DNA from: an uncultured Prolixibacteraceae bacterium
Lineage (GTDB): Bacteria > Bacteroidota > Bacteroidia > Bacteroidales > Prolixibacteraceae
Direction of reading: 5' to 3'
DNA: 40,000 nt
Assembly: GCA_963783085.1 (NCBI GenBank)
Contig: CAWAMJ010000012.1
Location: 100,331 to 140,330 of the forward strand
Position numbers and translations under genes: made by a program. Below, piece after piece: positions 29,109-37,826 of the stretch (within the stretch, counting starts at the first letter, position 1; the number at the start of each line of letters is the position of its first letter). The notes below the pieces were generated by a model. That model saw nothing but the letters and a program-made list of their open reading frames with translations, was not told the DNA's origin and did not search any database.

Positions 29109-30362
29109 TCATTTAAATAAACCAATTTGCCAATGGTAAAATAATGTAGGAAATTGAAACTGCACTTTTTCTAACCATATATAGGCACGGTTTACACTGG
29201 TTTTGTAGCGTTTGTACCTTCTCCTTGCCCAGCGTATTAATCGCTTTCGCAGTAGCTGAAAGATTGGATTCAGTTCGTGTTTCCTGAACTTACCGAAGTA
29301 GTTAACCCACCCTCGTATAAAAGGGTTTAAAAATTGGGCAACGCCTACAATACTTTTGTAAGTCAGTCCAACAATGTCCAATTCCTCCATCTTGTCTGCA
29401 ATACGTTTCTTCGAACTAATACTGATGGCACAATCGTAACCCAAGAACAGTTTCCCTGTCTTTGGCGATTTGGTTGTGCGCGGCTGAAACGAATACCCAA
29501 GAAAATCGAACTTAACGGTCGGATAATTGCTTTGACGTCTATAATCTCGGCAATACACCAGTTTAGTCTTTTCAGGGTGCAATTCCAACCCACAATCAGC
29601 CATACGTCCACGTATTTTTACCAACAACCACTCTGCATGGGCTTTGCTCTTACAGTGAAGTATCGCATCATCTGCGTAACGTTCAAAACTCACTGTTTTG
29701 TGCTTCAGTTCAAGCCATTTGTCCATGGCATAATGAAGAAACAGGTTTGCCAGCAACGGGCTTATCACCCCACCCTGCGGTGTGCCTTTCCCCTGCTTTT
29801 GAACCAGTTCGCCTGATTTCTTTTGCACGGGTGCATTTAACCACCGTTTGATGTAAAATAAACACCAGTTTTCCGAAACATGTTTCTCTACTGCAAGCAT
29901 CAGTTTTCCGTGGTCTATATTATCAAAGAAACCTTTAATGTCGAGGTCGATTACCCAGTCTGTTTTCCTGCAATTATTCCGAACCGATTCGAGTGCCTGA
30001 TGGGCATCCTTGTTCGGACGGTAACCATAGGAGTTTGAACTGAATATCTTTTCAAACCTCGGTTCTAAGTAATCTTTAATAACCATTTGCCCTATCCTGT
30101 CGGCGATGGTTGGAATCCCAAGTTTTCGGGTTTTACCATCTTTCTTGGCTATCTCAACTTCTTTAACAGGTGGCGGAAAATAGCTGCCCGATGCCATGCG
30201 GTTCCAAAGTTTGTACAAGTGTTTTGACCTGTCTGCATCGAATTCTTCCATGCTGATTTCGTCAATGCCTGCACTCCCTTTATTGGCTTTCACTTTCTTG
30301 TAAGCCGCCCATACCATTTCGCGGCTTACAGGTACTGATTTTGTCTCATTCCATAAATTCAT
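29109..30362 (-). CDS. group II intron reverse transcriptase/maturase
   Basis: 417 aa with RT motifs (GIPTIADRIGQ, TPQGGVISPLLANLFL, YADDAILHC) and a maturase X region (RGWVNYFG). No C-terminal HNH/En domain. Confidence 0.92.
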   Translation of the reverse strand: MNLWNETKSVPVSREMVWAAYKKVKANKGSAGIDEISMEEFDADRSKHLYKLWNRMASGSYFPPPVKEVEIAKKDGKTRKLGIPTIADRIGQMVIKDYLEPRFEKIFSSNSYGYRPNKDAHQALESVRNNCRKTDWVIDLDIKGFFDNIDHGKLMLAVEKHVSENWCLFYIKRWLNAPVQKKSGELVQKQGKGTPQGGVISPLLANLFLHYAMDKWLELKHKTVSFERYADDAILHCKSKAHAEWLLVKIRGRMADCGLELHPEKTKLVYCRDYRRQSNYPTVKFDFLGYSFQPRTTKSPKTGKLFLGYDCAISISSKKRIADKMEELDIVGLTYKSIVGVAQFLNPFIRGWVNYFGKFRKHELNPIFQLLRKRLIRWARRRYKRYKTSVNRAYIWLEKVQFQFPTLFYHWQIGLFK

Positions 30363-31063
30363 CCTCTTACCAGAGTTGTTAAATGTTATGATACTGTATA
30401 ACCTAACCCCTTTGCTCCATCTCGATTACCGAGACTTCATCACTACTACGGGTTAGTCCGTCTCCCGACATTTCGTCGGGATTCCCGAGTTCCGTAATTA
30501 AACCTGGATAAAGTTCATGCCGCCTGAATGACGCCAGCCGAATGGATAGTAAACAGGTAACTTCCAAACTTAATGTTGTTTACAACACTATTTTTCACTC
30601 CGTCACATACTTCGTAGCTTTTGACTGGATGTGGCCACTTCTCGACACCTCTTCAGCGGTTACGGTTAGTTCATCTCCTTTATCCATACCTGATAACCTC
30701 GTGGGCTACCTTTTCCTAAACGCTCAATACCATGCCTCTTAAACACAGCACCTTTAGGTGGTTTAAAACCCTTGCCTGTACAACGGTCTTAGTGGGTCGG
30801 TTCCACCATCTTAACTACAGCATGCAAAGAACTAAAACTGCCGATTCTTTGCTTCTCGGCACACCAAGTGGAGTGCGGGATTTTGAAACGGTTTCCTGTC
30901 AAACCTGCACGGAGCCAAGCCGGCTTTTTATTAAACATCATTTTTAAACCGTAATCCGTCAAAGACGGATTGGCGGTGGTTGAACAGGGCGAAAAACGCT
31001 GGAACACCACGCCCGCCCGCATTACATTTGCACTTTGTTATAGCCAGTGTTTTATTCTCTTAT

Positions 31064-31591
31064 TCAATTATCTTCCAGGTAATCAGCATAAAAATCAAAG
31101 TAAACTTGAGTAATATAATCGTGAAATCCCCAACCAATATCACTTGTGTCTGTCATTACTTTTTCGGCTCTGTTTGCAAATTTTTCCAGTAGTCCATTTT
31201 TACTCATCAAAGTCAAAGCTTGTACGTAAGTCTTTTCCAGACTTGAATAAAAACTTTCGTTTATATCTCCAAAATCATTCGTAAATTCAACTCCAGTTTC
31301 CACATAAAAAAGCATTAAGTCAGCAAGATTTTCATCGGATACTCCAAGTTTTTTAAAATCGCTTATAGCTTTCTTCCCTTCTTTCAAATTATAGCCAAAT
31401 CCTCTCTTAGGAAAGAAGGTTTCGAATACTTTCTCACGATATTTTGATAATAGCTCTTTTTCGTTTGGATTTACATAAAAATCAAAGAACTCTTTAACTG
31501 ATTTATTCTTATTATATAATTCACCAATCAAATCAATTAGTTGACTTTTATTCAGATTTTTTAGGTTGTTTTTTACTTCTCGGATTCCCAT
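31064..31591 (-). CDS. hypothetical protein (175 aa, acidic, helical)
   Basis: Clean ORF with an ATG start. It is the last gene of the HicAB-containing block. I recognise no catalytic motif. Confidence 0.6.
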   Translation of the reverse strand: MGIREVKNNLKNLNKSQLIDLIGELYNKNKSVKEFFDFYVNPNEKELLSKYREKVFETFFPKRGFGYNLKEGKKAISDFKKLGVSDENLADLMLFYVETGVEFTNDFGDINESFYSSLEKTYVQALTLMSKNGLLEKFANRAEKVMTDTSDIGWGFHDYITQVYFDFYADYLEDN

Positions 31592-31641
31592 TGTCCTAAT
31601 TATTTCATCATTGGAGTTAACAATTAATATTGCCTGTGTTT

Positions 31642-32040
31642 TTAACTTTTATAAATCAGGTTCATTTCAGATAGTTCTTGTCCAATTTGATGAATTCCAC
31701 TCAATATTTTTTCAGTTTGGTTCTCAGACGGCTTTTTACGTCCTTGTACATATTGGGACAATAACGTTGGATTCATTCCAATTTTTTCTGCAAGAAATTT
31801 TGCATTGAGCACTTTATAATATTGAAAGAATTGCGCAAAGTCAATTTCAAATTTTAAGTTCTCATGCGTAATCTCAAATTCTTCTTCAAAGTTTAATTGA
31901 GTAGCTTCAAGTGCATTATTTATTAATTCAGGAATAGTTCTCCCGGTAGTAAATATTGGATATTCTTCTGAATATGCTGAAAAACCAGTCTTTGTTTTTT
32001 CAACTATTATTTTAATTTTTTTCTTTAATGTTTTCATCAT
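31642..32040 (-). CDS. hicB: HicB-family antitoxin with C-terminal HTH
   Basis: N-terminal IVEKTKTGFSAYSEEYPIFTTGRTIPEL (HicB fold) plus C-terminal FLAEKIGMNPTLLSQYVQGRKKPS (HTH). Lies 8 nt downstream of hicA. Confidence 0.75.
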   Translation of the reverse strand: MMKTLKKKIKIIVEKTKTGFSAYSEEYPIFTTGRTIPELINNALEATQLNFEEEFEITHENLKFEIDFAQFFQYYKVLNAKFLAEKIGMNPTLLSQYVQGRKKPSENQTEKILSGIHQIGQELSEMNLIYKS

Positions 32041-32048
32041 TCTTGTTT

Positions 32049-32237
32049 TTAAATTGTAATTCCTGCATCTCTCAAAATTTTCTTCTCAAGTCCTTTACCG
32101 ACTTCTTGACTTCCATGGTTTGGAAAAATTATTATTCCTTCTTTTTGGTCATGTTTCAATTTAACATGTGACCCTTTTTGAGAAATTGGATACCACCCAT
32201 GTTTTTTCAAGAGTTGGAATAATTCGGAACATTTCAT
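32049..32237 (-). CDS. hicA: HicA-family mRNA interferase toxin
   Basis: 62 aa; LLKKHGWYPISQKGSHVKLKH...IIIFPNHGSQEVGKGLEKKILRDAGI matches the HicA/YcfA pattern. Confidence 0.85.
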   Translation of the reverse strand: MKCSELFQLLKKHGWYPISQKGSHVKLKHDQKEGIIIFPNHGSQEVGKGLEKKILRDAGITI

Positions 32238-32542
32238 TTAAATAAATCTTTCTAAATTGTATTCAAAGGTAAATAATAATTTACTTTTTACAATAAAATA
32301 ATTGCAGGAATTTACTTTTTTTCAACATTGGCTATAACGGTACGTATAAGTTTTGTTGGGGATTCCGAAGCACTTATCTTTCAAAATACAACGAACTTGA
32401 ATAGAAGTAATGCCTTTAAAATTGGCACTTTCACCCCAATAAAATTTATACGATGTTGAACTTAACCTCACTGGCGTTCGGTGGTTTTTAATTCACCGAA
32501 CGTCAGTATCTTTGAGGTATTGTTTCATTTAAAATTCATATT

Positions 32543-33407
32543 ATGACAAATTTAAAAAAAATTCGAACAGGAATCTGTTCTGCGGAACTTAAGTGAAAGG
32601 ACCAGGAAAAGTTACTGGTGGCACATAGTTGACTACAGCAAATTTTGCAAAAAAGACCCTGGGCAAACAGGAGTGCAAGAGCTGAGGGCTTATTTCCAGT
32701 CGATGCTCACCGACGGTAACCACAAACCGGGAAGTGTAAAAATGGGATATTTTGCCCTTCGTTTCCTGTTTACCAACATTTACCACAAAGAATGGGCAAA
32801 ACAATACCTTCCAACGCCAAAAGTTGCCAAAACACTTCCGCTGGTTTTGTCGAAAGACGAAGTAACCGATGTACTTGGGGCCATTGACAACTTCAAGCAC
32901 CGCACCATCATTATGCTTATTTATTCCACCGGGGCCAGGGTATCGGAAAGTGTGAACATCAAACTGACCGATATCGACAGCCGGCGGATGCAGGTCAACA
33001 TCCAGGAAGGGAAAGGTCTGAAGCAACGGAAAGTTCCGCTCTCGCCTGCACTGCTCTCTGTATTGCGAAAATATTACCGGCAGTACAAACCAGGGCATTA
33101 CCTTTTCGAAGGCGCCGGGGGAAAAGGCACACACCTGGGCATTACTGCTGTACGGACTATTTGCACTAATGCACGGCACCGCACGCTACACATTAAAAAG
33201 CCCTACACACCGCACACTTTTCGCCACAGTTTTGCCACACACCACCTCGAACAGGGCACCAGCCTGTTGGTCATACAGCGTTTGTTGGGACATTCCGATT
33301 TAAGCAATACCCTAAAATACCTGCATGTGCAGCAACTCAACACCGGCCAGGTGGTAAACCCGCTGGATACGCTGGAAGGATTGGAGGGGCTATGCAACAT
33401 CAAATAA
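32543..33407 (+). CDS. tyrosine recombinase/integrase of the IS91-type unit; N-terminus out of frame at an A8 run
   Basis: Box I TGARVSE and box II HTFRHSFATH...LLGHS...TLKYLH. ATG 32543 (MTNLKK) is in a different frame from the main ORF. The homologous N-terminal sequence (FEQESVLRNLSERTRKSY...) is open in the main frame only from 32556. Confidence 0.7.
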
Positions 33408-34600
33408 GCCTTGAGAATATCCTGAACGAATATGGCGAAGGCTATATCAGCCGGAACCGGGTTTCAGGACAGGAAAAAGGGTTGGTGCGCCTGTTATCAG
33501 CGTGCCGCACAGCAGGCCTTGGCAGCCATTTTGAAAAATGCGACCATTGCAGCCATACCGAAAAATCCTATAATTCCTGTCGCAACCGCCACTGCCCTGC
33601 GTGCCAGCAAAAAGACAAACTGGAGTGGATGGACAAACGTATGAAAGAACTCCTGCCGGTGGGATATTACCACCTGGTGTTTACCCTGCCTCACGAATTA
33701 AACCTGCTTTGCCTTCAAAATAAAAAGGTGATGTACGGCCTGCTTTTTAAAACTGTATCGCAAACCCTGCTGGAACTTGCCCGCGACCCCAAACACCTGG
33801 GGGCAGATATTGGGTTAATTACTGTCTTGCACACGTGGGGACAAAACATGAAAGAACACCCCCACCTACACTGCATTATGCCGGCAGGCGGGCTCAGCTT
33901 TGACCGTAACCACTGGGTACATATTCCCAATAAAAACAATTTCTTTATTGCCGGGAAAGTGCTGTCCAAAAAGTTCAGGGGCAAGTTTTTGCATCTGCTA
34001 AAGCAGTCGAAGGTAAACGGGGAACTTGTTTTTCACGGAAAACTGGCAGACATAAAAGGGCCGGTGCAGTTTGACCGGTTCCTTACGCCTCTGTACCAAA
34101 AGCAATGGGTAGTGAATGTGCAGAAACCCATGGGCAACCCCGAAAAGATACTGGAATACCTCTCGCGTTATGTGTTCCGCATTGCCATTACCGGCCGGCG
34201 TATCCTGGAAGTGAAAGACGGGAAGGTACTCTTTTCGTGGAAAGACTACCGCACCAACCGTTTCCGCAAAATGTGGCTCGATACCGATGAGTTTATCCGC
34301 CGGTTCCTGTCGCATGTATTGCCAAAGGGGTTCTTTAAGGTGCGGTATTTCGGTATTTTTTCCAGCCGTTACCGGAAACAAAATATTGAAACTGCCCGGA
34401 AGCTCCTGGCTGAAGAGACTGAAACCAAAAAAGAAGAGGCTTTGGAAGATGGCCGCCGGATTTGGGAAAAACAGGATACGGTGTGGAATGAAATCCTTGA
34501 ACTTATTAAAAACCACCGCCAGCCCAACTGCCCGGCATGTAAAAAAGGAAGGTTACGCTTTGCCGGATTGGTAAAGGATGTACCATTGGAACCAGGTTAA
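33392..34600 (+). CDS. IS91-family (HUH, Y2) rolling-circle transposase
   Basis: Zn-binding CDHCSH...SCRNRHCPACQ, then LLPVGYYHLVFTLP, HUH-like HPHLHCIMP, and the tyrosine region LEYLSRYVFRIAI. Confidence 0.88.
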   Translation: MQHQISLENILNEYGEGYISRNRVSGQEKGLVRLLSACRTAGLGSHFEKCDHCSHTEKSYNSCRNRHCPACQQKDKLEWMDKRMKELLPVGYYHLVFTLPHELNLLCLQNKKVMYGLLFKTVSQTLLELARDPKHLGADIGLITVLHTWGQNMKEHPHLHCIMPAGGLSFDRNHWVHIPNKNNFFIAGKVLSKKFRGKFLHLLKQSKVNGELVFHGKLADIKGPVQFDRFLTPLYQKQWVVNVQKPMGNPEKILEYLSRYVFRIAITGRRILEVKDGKVLFSWKDYRTNRFRKMWLDTDEFIRRFLSHVLPKGFFKVRYFGIFSSRYRKQNIETARKLLAEETETKKEEALEDGRRIWEKQDTVWNEILELIKNHRQPNCPACKKGRLRFAGLVKDVPLEPG

Positions 34601-34975
34601 TCACAGGGCAACAAAACGTTCTTTGAACCTTTTTTAAATCCAGGTTAACAGCTAAAAATTCCCTGTTTTGGCTGAACGGGAAAAATATGCAGGCAAACGA
34701 ACAAAAATTTTACCTCAATAACCCGGGTTCACGCCAAACAGGCAAACCGGTAAAAACAACAGATGAAAAATACCGGAAAGAAAACAAGAAAAACATTCAA
34801 TCCCCATAGCCGGAACAATTAATAATCAGCGGCTAAGCCCAACACGAATTAAAACACAATTGGGCTTGGCATTTTGAAAGCAGTTACCCCCGAAAGAAGG
34901 CAGCAGGTTTGCATACTTACTGCCTTTTTTCGGGGCCCAACTGTGCCTTAATTCCTAATTTGTTAGCGATAGTTT

Positions 34976-37606
34976 TTATTGAACAACAATTTTTCTGTTA
35001 AATGTTCTCTTTCCATCAAATAATTTGACCAAATAAACCCCGGCAGGTAATCGCCCCAAATCGAAACTACTGATATCTGCTAAAATGTTATTTTCATAAA
35101 CTTTCTCTCCGTAAGAGTTATAAATGTTTAAAACATAGTTTGTATTCGTATCTTTAAGAAGCTCAATATGCAGGATATCCTTAACTGGATTTGGATAGAT
35201 ACGAATATCGATATTTTGAGAAATGTTTGATGCTATGCCTGTCGTTAAACTATCTACAAGGTAAAAATACCCCGAAGTATCAGCAGCATTGCTATTTAAA
35301 TCTTTAATTAGTATTTGACAGCTATCCTTAGCAGAAATGTATTGAAAAACATCCCAGGTAAATGATTTCTGTTCTGCAGGATAATCATAAGATAAGGTGT
35401 GCCAGTAGTAATTCTTCGATGTTTTATAAGAAATCGAAACATTATTGGCATAGGAGGAAATCCATTTGATTTCGGTACTTCCTTTATAGGAAACTTCTTG
35501 ATTTGGGACAGGACTGACAATTTCTAAATAAGGCAAAATATTTATAACGATAGAATCTGCACTTTCATTTATTTCGCTGTCGTAAACCTTAATCCAATAA
35601 ACTCCCGGTTTTACAACAGGCAGACACCAATTAAAAGAATCTGATTCATCCTCTATATTTTCTATTATTACATTCCAGTTATATTCATTCTGAGGTCTGT
35701 AACTAAGAGTAAATGCGTCAGAATAAAGGTTCTCCCATTTTAAAGTCAAGGTATCACCGGGCATCACTTCGGTGCCCGAAACCGGAGTAATAATTTTAGT
35801 TGATGGAATGAGCGAAATCGATAATGTATCACTTAAACCATACCGGGCATCTGATATCCGGATTAACATTTTAGTTGGCTGAATATCGGGAGTAGTCCAA
35901 CTGAGTTGCTTTTCACTTGCCGTAACCGAATCCTGTACTGTGTTCCATTTTTCTTCACTGGTAATTTTATATTCCAATTTCACGTAATCAATAAATGCCT
36001 CATCCCAAATAACCTGATTTACTTTACCTGCCTGCCATTTTAGACCTTCCATTGCCGGGTTGAATGCCAAATAAGGAACAGCTTCAAATTCCTTCTCTCC
36101 ACTAAATTTAGAACCGGTATAAGCCTGGTCGATTGTTTGTACTGCCCATCTGTAAACTCCGGCAGAATCTAAATGAATTTTCCACCCCTGATTTTTTTGG
36201 ACGTTACCCAAAAATGGCAATCTTAATACCCCGGATGAATGATCGGACATGGAATTCAAAATTGTATCGCCCCCAACCCGGTATAAATAACAATTATAAT
36301 AAAGCCCATCACTTGCAGATTCATTATCCGAACCTTCATTCCAAAACAGATAGACAGTGTTACTATAAACAGAATCCTTTAAAGTTTTTGGGGGATCAGG
36401 CATGGTATTGGATTTGAAACCTTTATTGACATAAACTTCTGTTTCTGCGATTCCAGATCGGTTAAAACCTGTAGAAACGACGTCCAATTTGCCATCATTG
36501 TTGTAATCGAAAAATGCTACGGTGCCTTGGATGTCAGCAAAAGATACTCTTTCCTGTTGAGTAAATTCAGCATTTCCATTATTGTTGAAAAGATAAGTTT
36601 CATAGTATATCTTAAAAATTAAATCAAGGTCTCCATCATTGTCATAGTCACCCCAGTCATGGTGCATAATATTAACGGGCAGACCTGCTATTTTACTTTT
36701 AGTGTAATTGTCATTGCCATCATTCAACAGAATTAGTCCTCCTGAAAAAATATCAACGTCTCCATCGTTATCAAAATCTCCCCATGAGCAATTTCTTTCT
36801 TCACTAAAAACACGATTTGAATAAAGTAGAAAATTACCATCGCCTGTATTTTCATACAATTCTCCTTTAAGCAAAATATCCATGTCATAATCCTTATCAA
36901 AGTCTACGAAAAATACATTCGTATAATAATCCCCCGACATTTCAAAGGAAGATAATTCGTTTAACGATTTGCCTTTATTATTTAGGAACAGGCAGGTTTT
37001 TTCTCCCTGTTCTGAGCTGCCTGAAACAATCAGATCGATATAACCATCATTATTATAATCCCCAAAATCAGCTTTACTGGCAAACATGGCCGTAAAGTTG
37101 GAAATACTATCTTCCTTAAATGTACCATCGCCCAGGTTCTTAAATAACTTCGATTGCTTATCTGATTCATAAGGTGCCTTGGCCCCCGAAATAAACACAT
37201 CCATATCTCCGTCGTTGTCGTAATCGGCCCATTTTATTTCCCCTCTGCTTAACTGAGGAAACACGTCATTATTCACTTCAAGTATATTGCCCGGATTATT
37301 TTGATAAAGCTTGGTGAATGAATAATCATCTTCACCTGACATCAGCATATCCATATCATTGTCATTGTCATAATCAGCCAATCCAATTGAACTGTATTTC
37401 AGTCCGATTAAATCAAGAGTTGTATCTTTTTGCAGGATAAATTCACCATACTGAGTGAATTCAATCAGGTAAGGAGAATTTGCAGCGTATCCTGTAGTTA
37501 AACGAATACGACCATTTCGTAACGCACCTCCATTCTTACTGAAATGAAGGATAATATTCGTACTGTCTCCTCCGGTTTCCGTGCTTACAGTATACCAATC
37601 ATCCAT
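34976..37606 (-). CDS. FG-GAP/VCBS-repeat protein with T9SS C-terminal sorting domain (3' part of a split gene)
   Basis: Many DYDNDGDMD-type repeats. The C-terminal IYPNPVKDILHIEL...GVYLVKLFDGKRTFNRKIVVQ is a type-A T9SS sorting domain. The frame stays open upstream of the listed Met to about 37888. Confidence 0.8.
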   Translation of the reverse strand: MDDWYTVSTETGGDSTNIILHFSKNGGALRNGRIRLTTGYAANSPYLIEFTQYGEFILQKDTTLDLIGLKYSSIGLADYDNDNDMDMLMSGEDDYSFTKLYQNNPGNILEVNNDVFPQLSRGEIKWADYDNDGDMDVFISGAKAPYESDKQSKLFKNLGDGTFKEDSISNFTAMFASKADFGDYNNDGYIDLIVSGSSEQGEKTCLFLNNKGKSLNELSSFEMSGDYYTNVFFVDFDKDYDMDILLKGELYENTGDGNFLLYSNRVFSEERNCSWGDFDNDGDVDIFSGGLILLNDGNDNYTKSKIAGLPVNIMHHDWGDYDNDGDLDLIFKIYYETYLFNNNGNAEFTQQERVSFADIQGTVAFFDYNNDGKLDVVSTGFNRSGIAETEVYVNKGFKSNTMPDPPKTLKDSVYSNTVYLFWNEGSDNESASDGLYYNCYLYRVGGDTILNSMSDHSSGVLRLPFLGNVQKNQGWKIHLDSAGVYRWAVQTIDQAYTGSKFSGEKEFEAVPYLAFNPAMEGLKWQAGKVNQVIWDEAFIDYVKLEYKITSEEKWNTVQDSVTASEKQLSWTTPDIQPTKMLIRISDARYGLSDTLSISLIPSTKIITPVSGTEVMPGDTLTLKWENLYSDAFTLSYRPQNEYNWNVIIENIEDESDSFNWCLPVVKPGVYWIKVYDSEINESADSIVINILPYLEIVSPVPNQEVSYKGSTEIKWISSYANNVSISYKTSKNYYWHTLSYDYPAEQKSFTWDVFQYISAKDSCQILIKDLNSNAADTSGYFYLVDSLTTGIASNISQNIDIRIYPNPVKDILHIELLKDTNTNYVLNIYNSYGEKVYENNILADISSFDLGRLPAGVYLVKLFDGKRTFNRKIVVQ

Positions 37607-37826
37607 GGCTTTTATTTCCGTAAGGTTCAGAAGACCCTTCCCGTTATTCTTAATCGTGAAGGTAAAACTTTCGTTATCCGTTGAAATTTCTGCAGGTTTT
37701 GGATAATGACTAATGATAGGAACTGAATCTCCTATATAAAATGAATGTACTTCGGAATAGGAAGAAGCGAGAAATCCATTGTCAACAGTTTTTACCTTCC
37801 AGTAATAATACCCCGGCTCCAGATTT

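Larger units (their letters stand above)
28992..30864 (-). mobile_element. group II intron, 1873 nt, class C-like (no endonuclease domain)
   Basis: 5' GTGTGCCGAG at 30864. Domain V at 29065-29032. Domain VI GAGAGGC...GCCT(A)CTC has a bulged A at 28998, 6 nt before the proposed 3' end ...GAC at 28992. The RT/maturase ORF sits in domain IV. Confidence 0.85.
28975..31045 (-). other. large attC-like structured element (about 198 nt) interrupted by a group II intron
   Basis: Halves are 30865-31045 and 28975-28991. The R''-like GGCTATAAC (31045-31037) lies 18 nt after the stop at 31064. The R'-like ACC-GTTATCGC (28982-28975) lies 27 nt before the ATG at 28947. Homologous to 39199-39389. Confidence 0.6.
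32396..34868 (+). mobile_element. IS91-family element carrying a tyrosine recombinase and an HUH-Y2 transposase (ends approximate)
   Basis: Two overlapping genes. CTTG tetranucleotides sit at both junctions (32396-32399, 34865-34868). A terminal hairpin AAGCCCAA...TTGGGCTT (34845-34867) lies at the transposase-distal end, as expected for an oriIS. Confidence 0.55.
32330..34969 (-). other. large attC-like palindrome (about 171 nt without insert) interrupted by an IS91-family unit
   Basis: Halves are 34969-34865 and 32395-32330. R''-like TCGCTAAC (34969-34962) lies 6 nt after the stop at 34976. R'-like ACC-GTTATAGCC (32338-32330) lies upstream of hicA. Arms pair across the insert: CTTTCAAAAT / ATTTTGAAAG (10 of 10), GTTGGG / CCCAAC, TAAG / CTTA. 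Confidence 0.5.

Noticed and set aside
29109-30362. The reverse transcriptase as a retron, DGR or defence-associated RT.
   Set aside because: It is embedded in a complete group II intron RNA: GUGUG 5' end, canonical domain V, domain VI with a bulged A. It also carries a maturase X region.
30865-31045. This segment as the 5' part (domain I) of the group II intron.
   Set aside because: A GTGTG intron start lies at 30864. The segment has a second copy at 39199-39389 with no intron attached. The sequence 3' of the intron continues the homology to that copy.
32543-33407. The tyrosine recombinase as the integron integrase (IntI) of the cassette array.
   Set aside because: It overlaps and is co-oriented with an IS91-family transposase. 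It sits inside one of the palindromic sites rather than at the head of the array. Both genes look like a single inserted IS unit. I cannot see an IntI-specific extra domain, though this was not tested by alignment.
34897-34940. The strong local hairpin CCCCGAAAGAAGGCAG...CTGCCTTTTTTCGGGG as an independent attC or as the IS91 end.
   Set aside because: It lies between the paired arms of the larger palindrome (32330-34969), outside the CTTG junction. It is best read as a side-helix of that site, or as a terminator for the FG-GAP gene.
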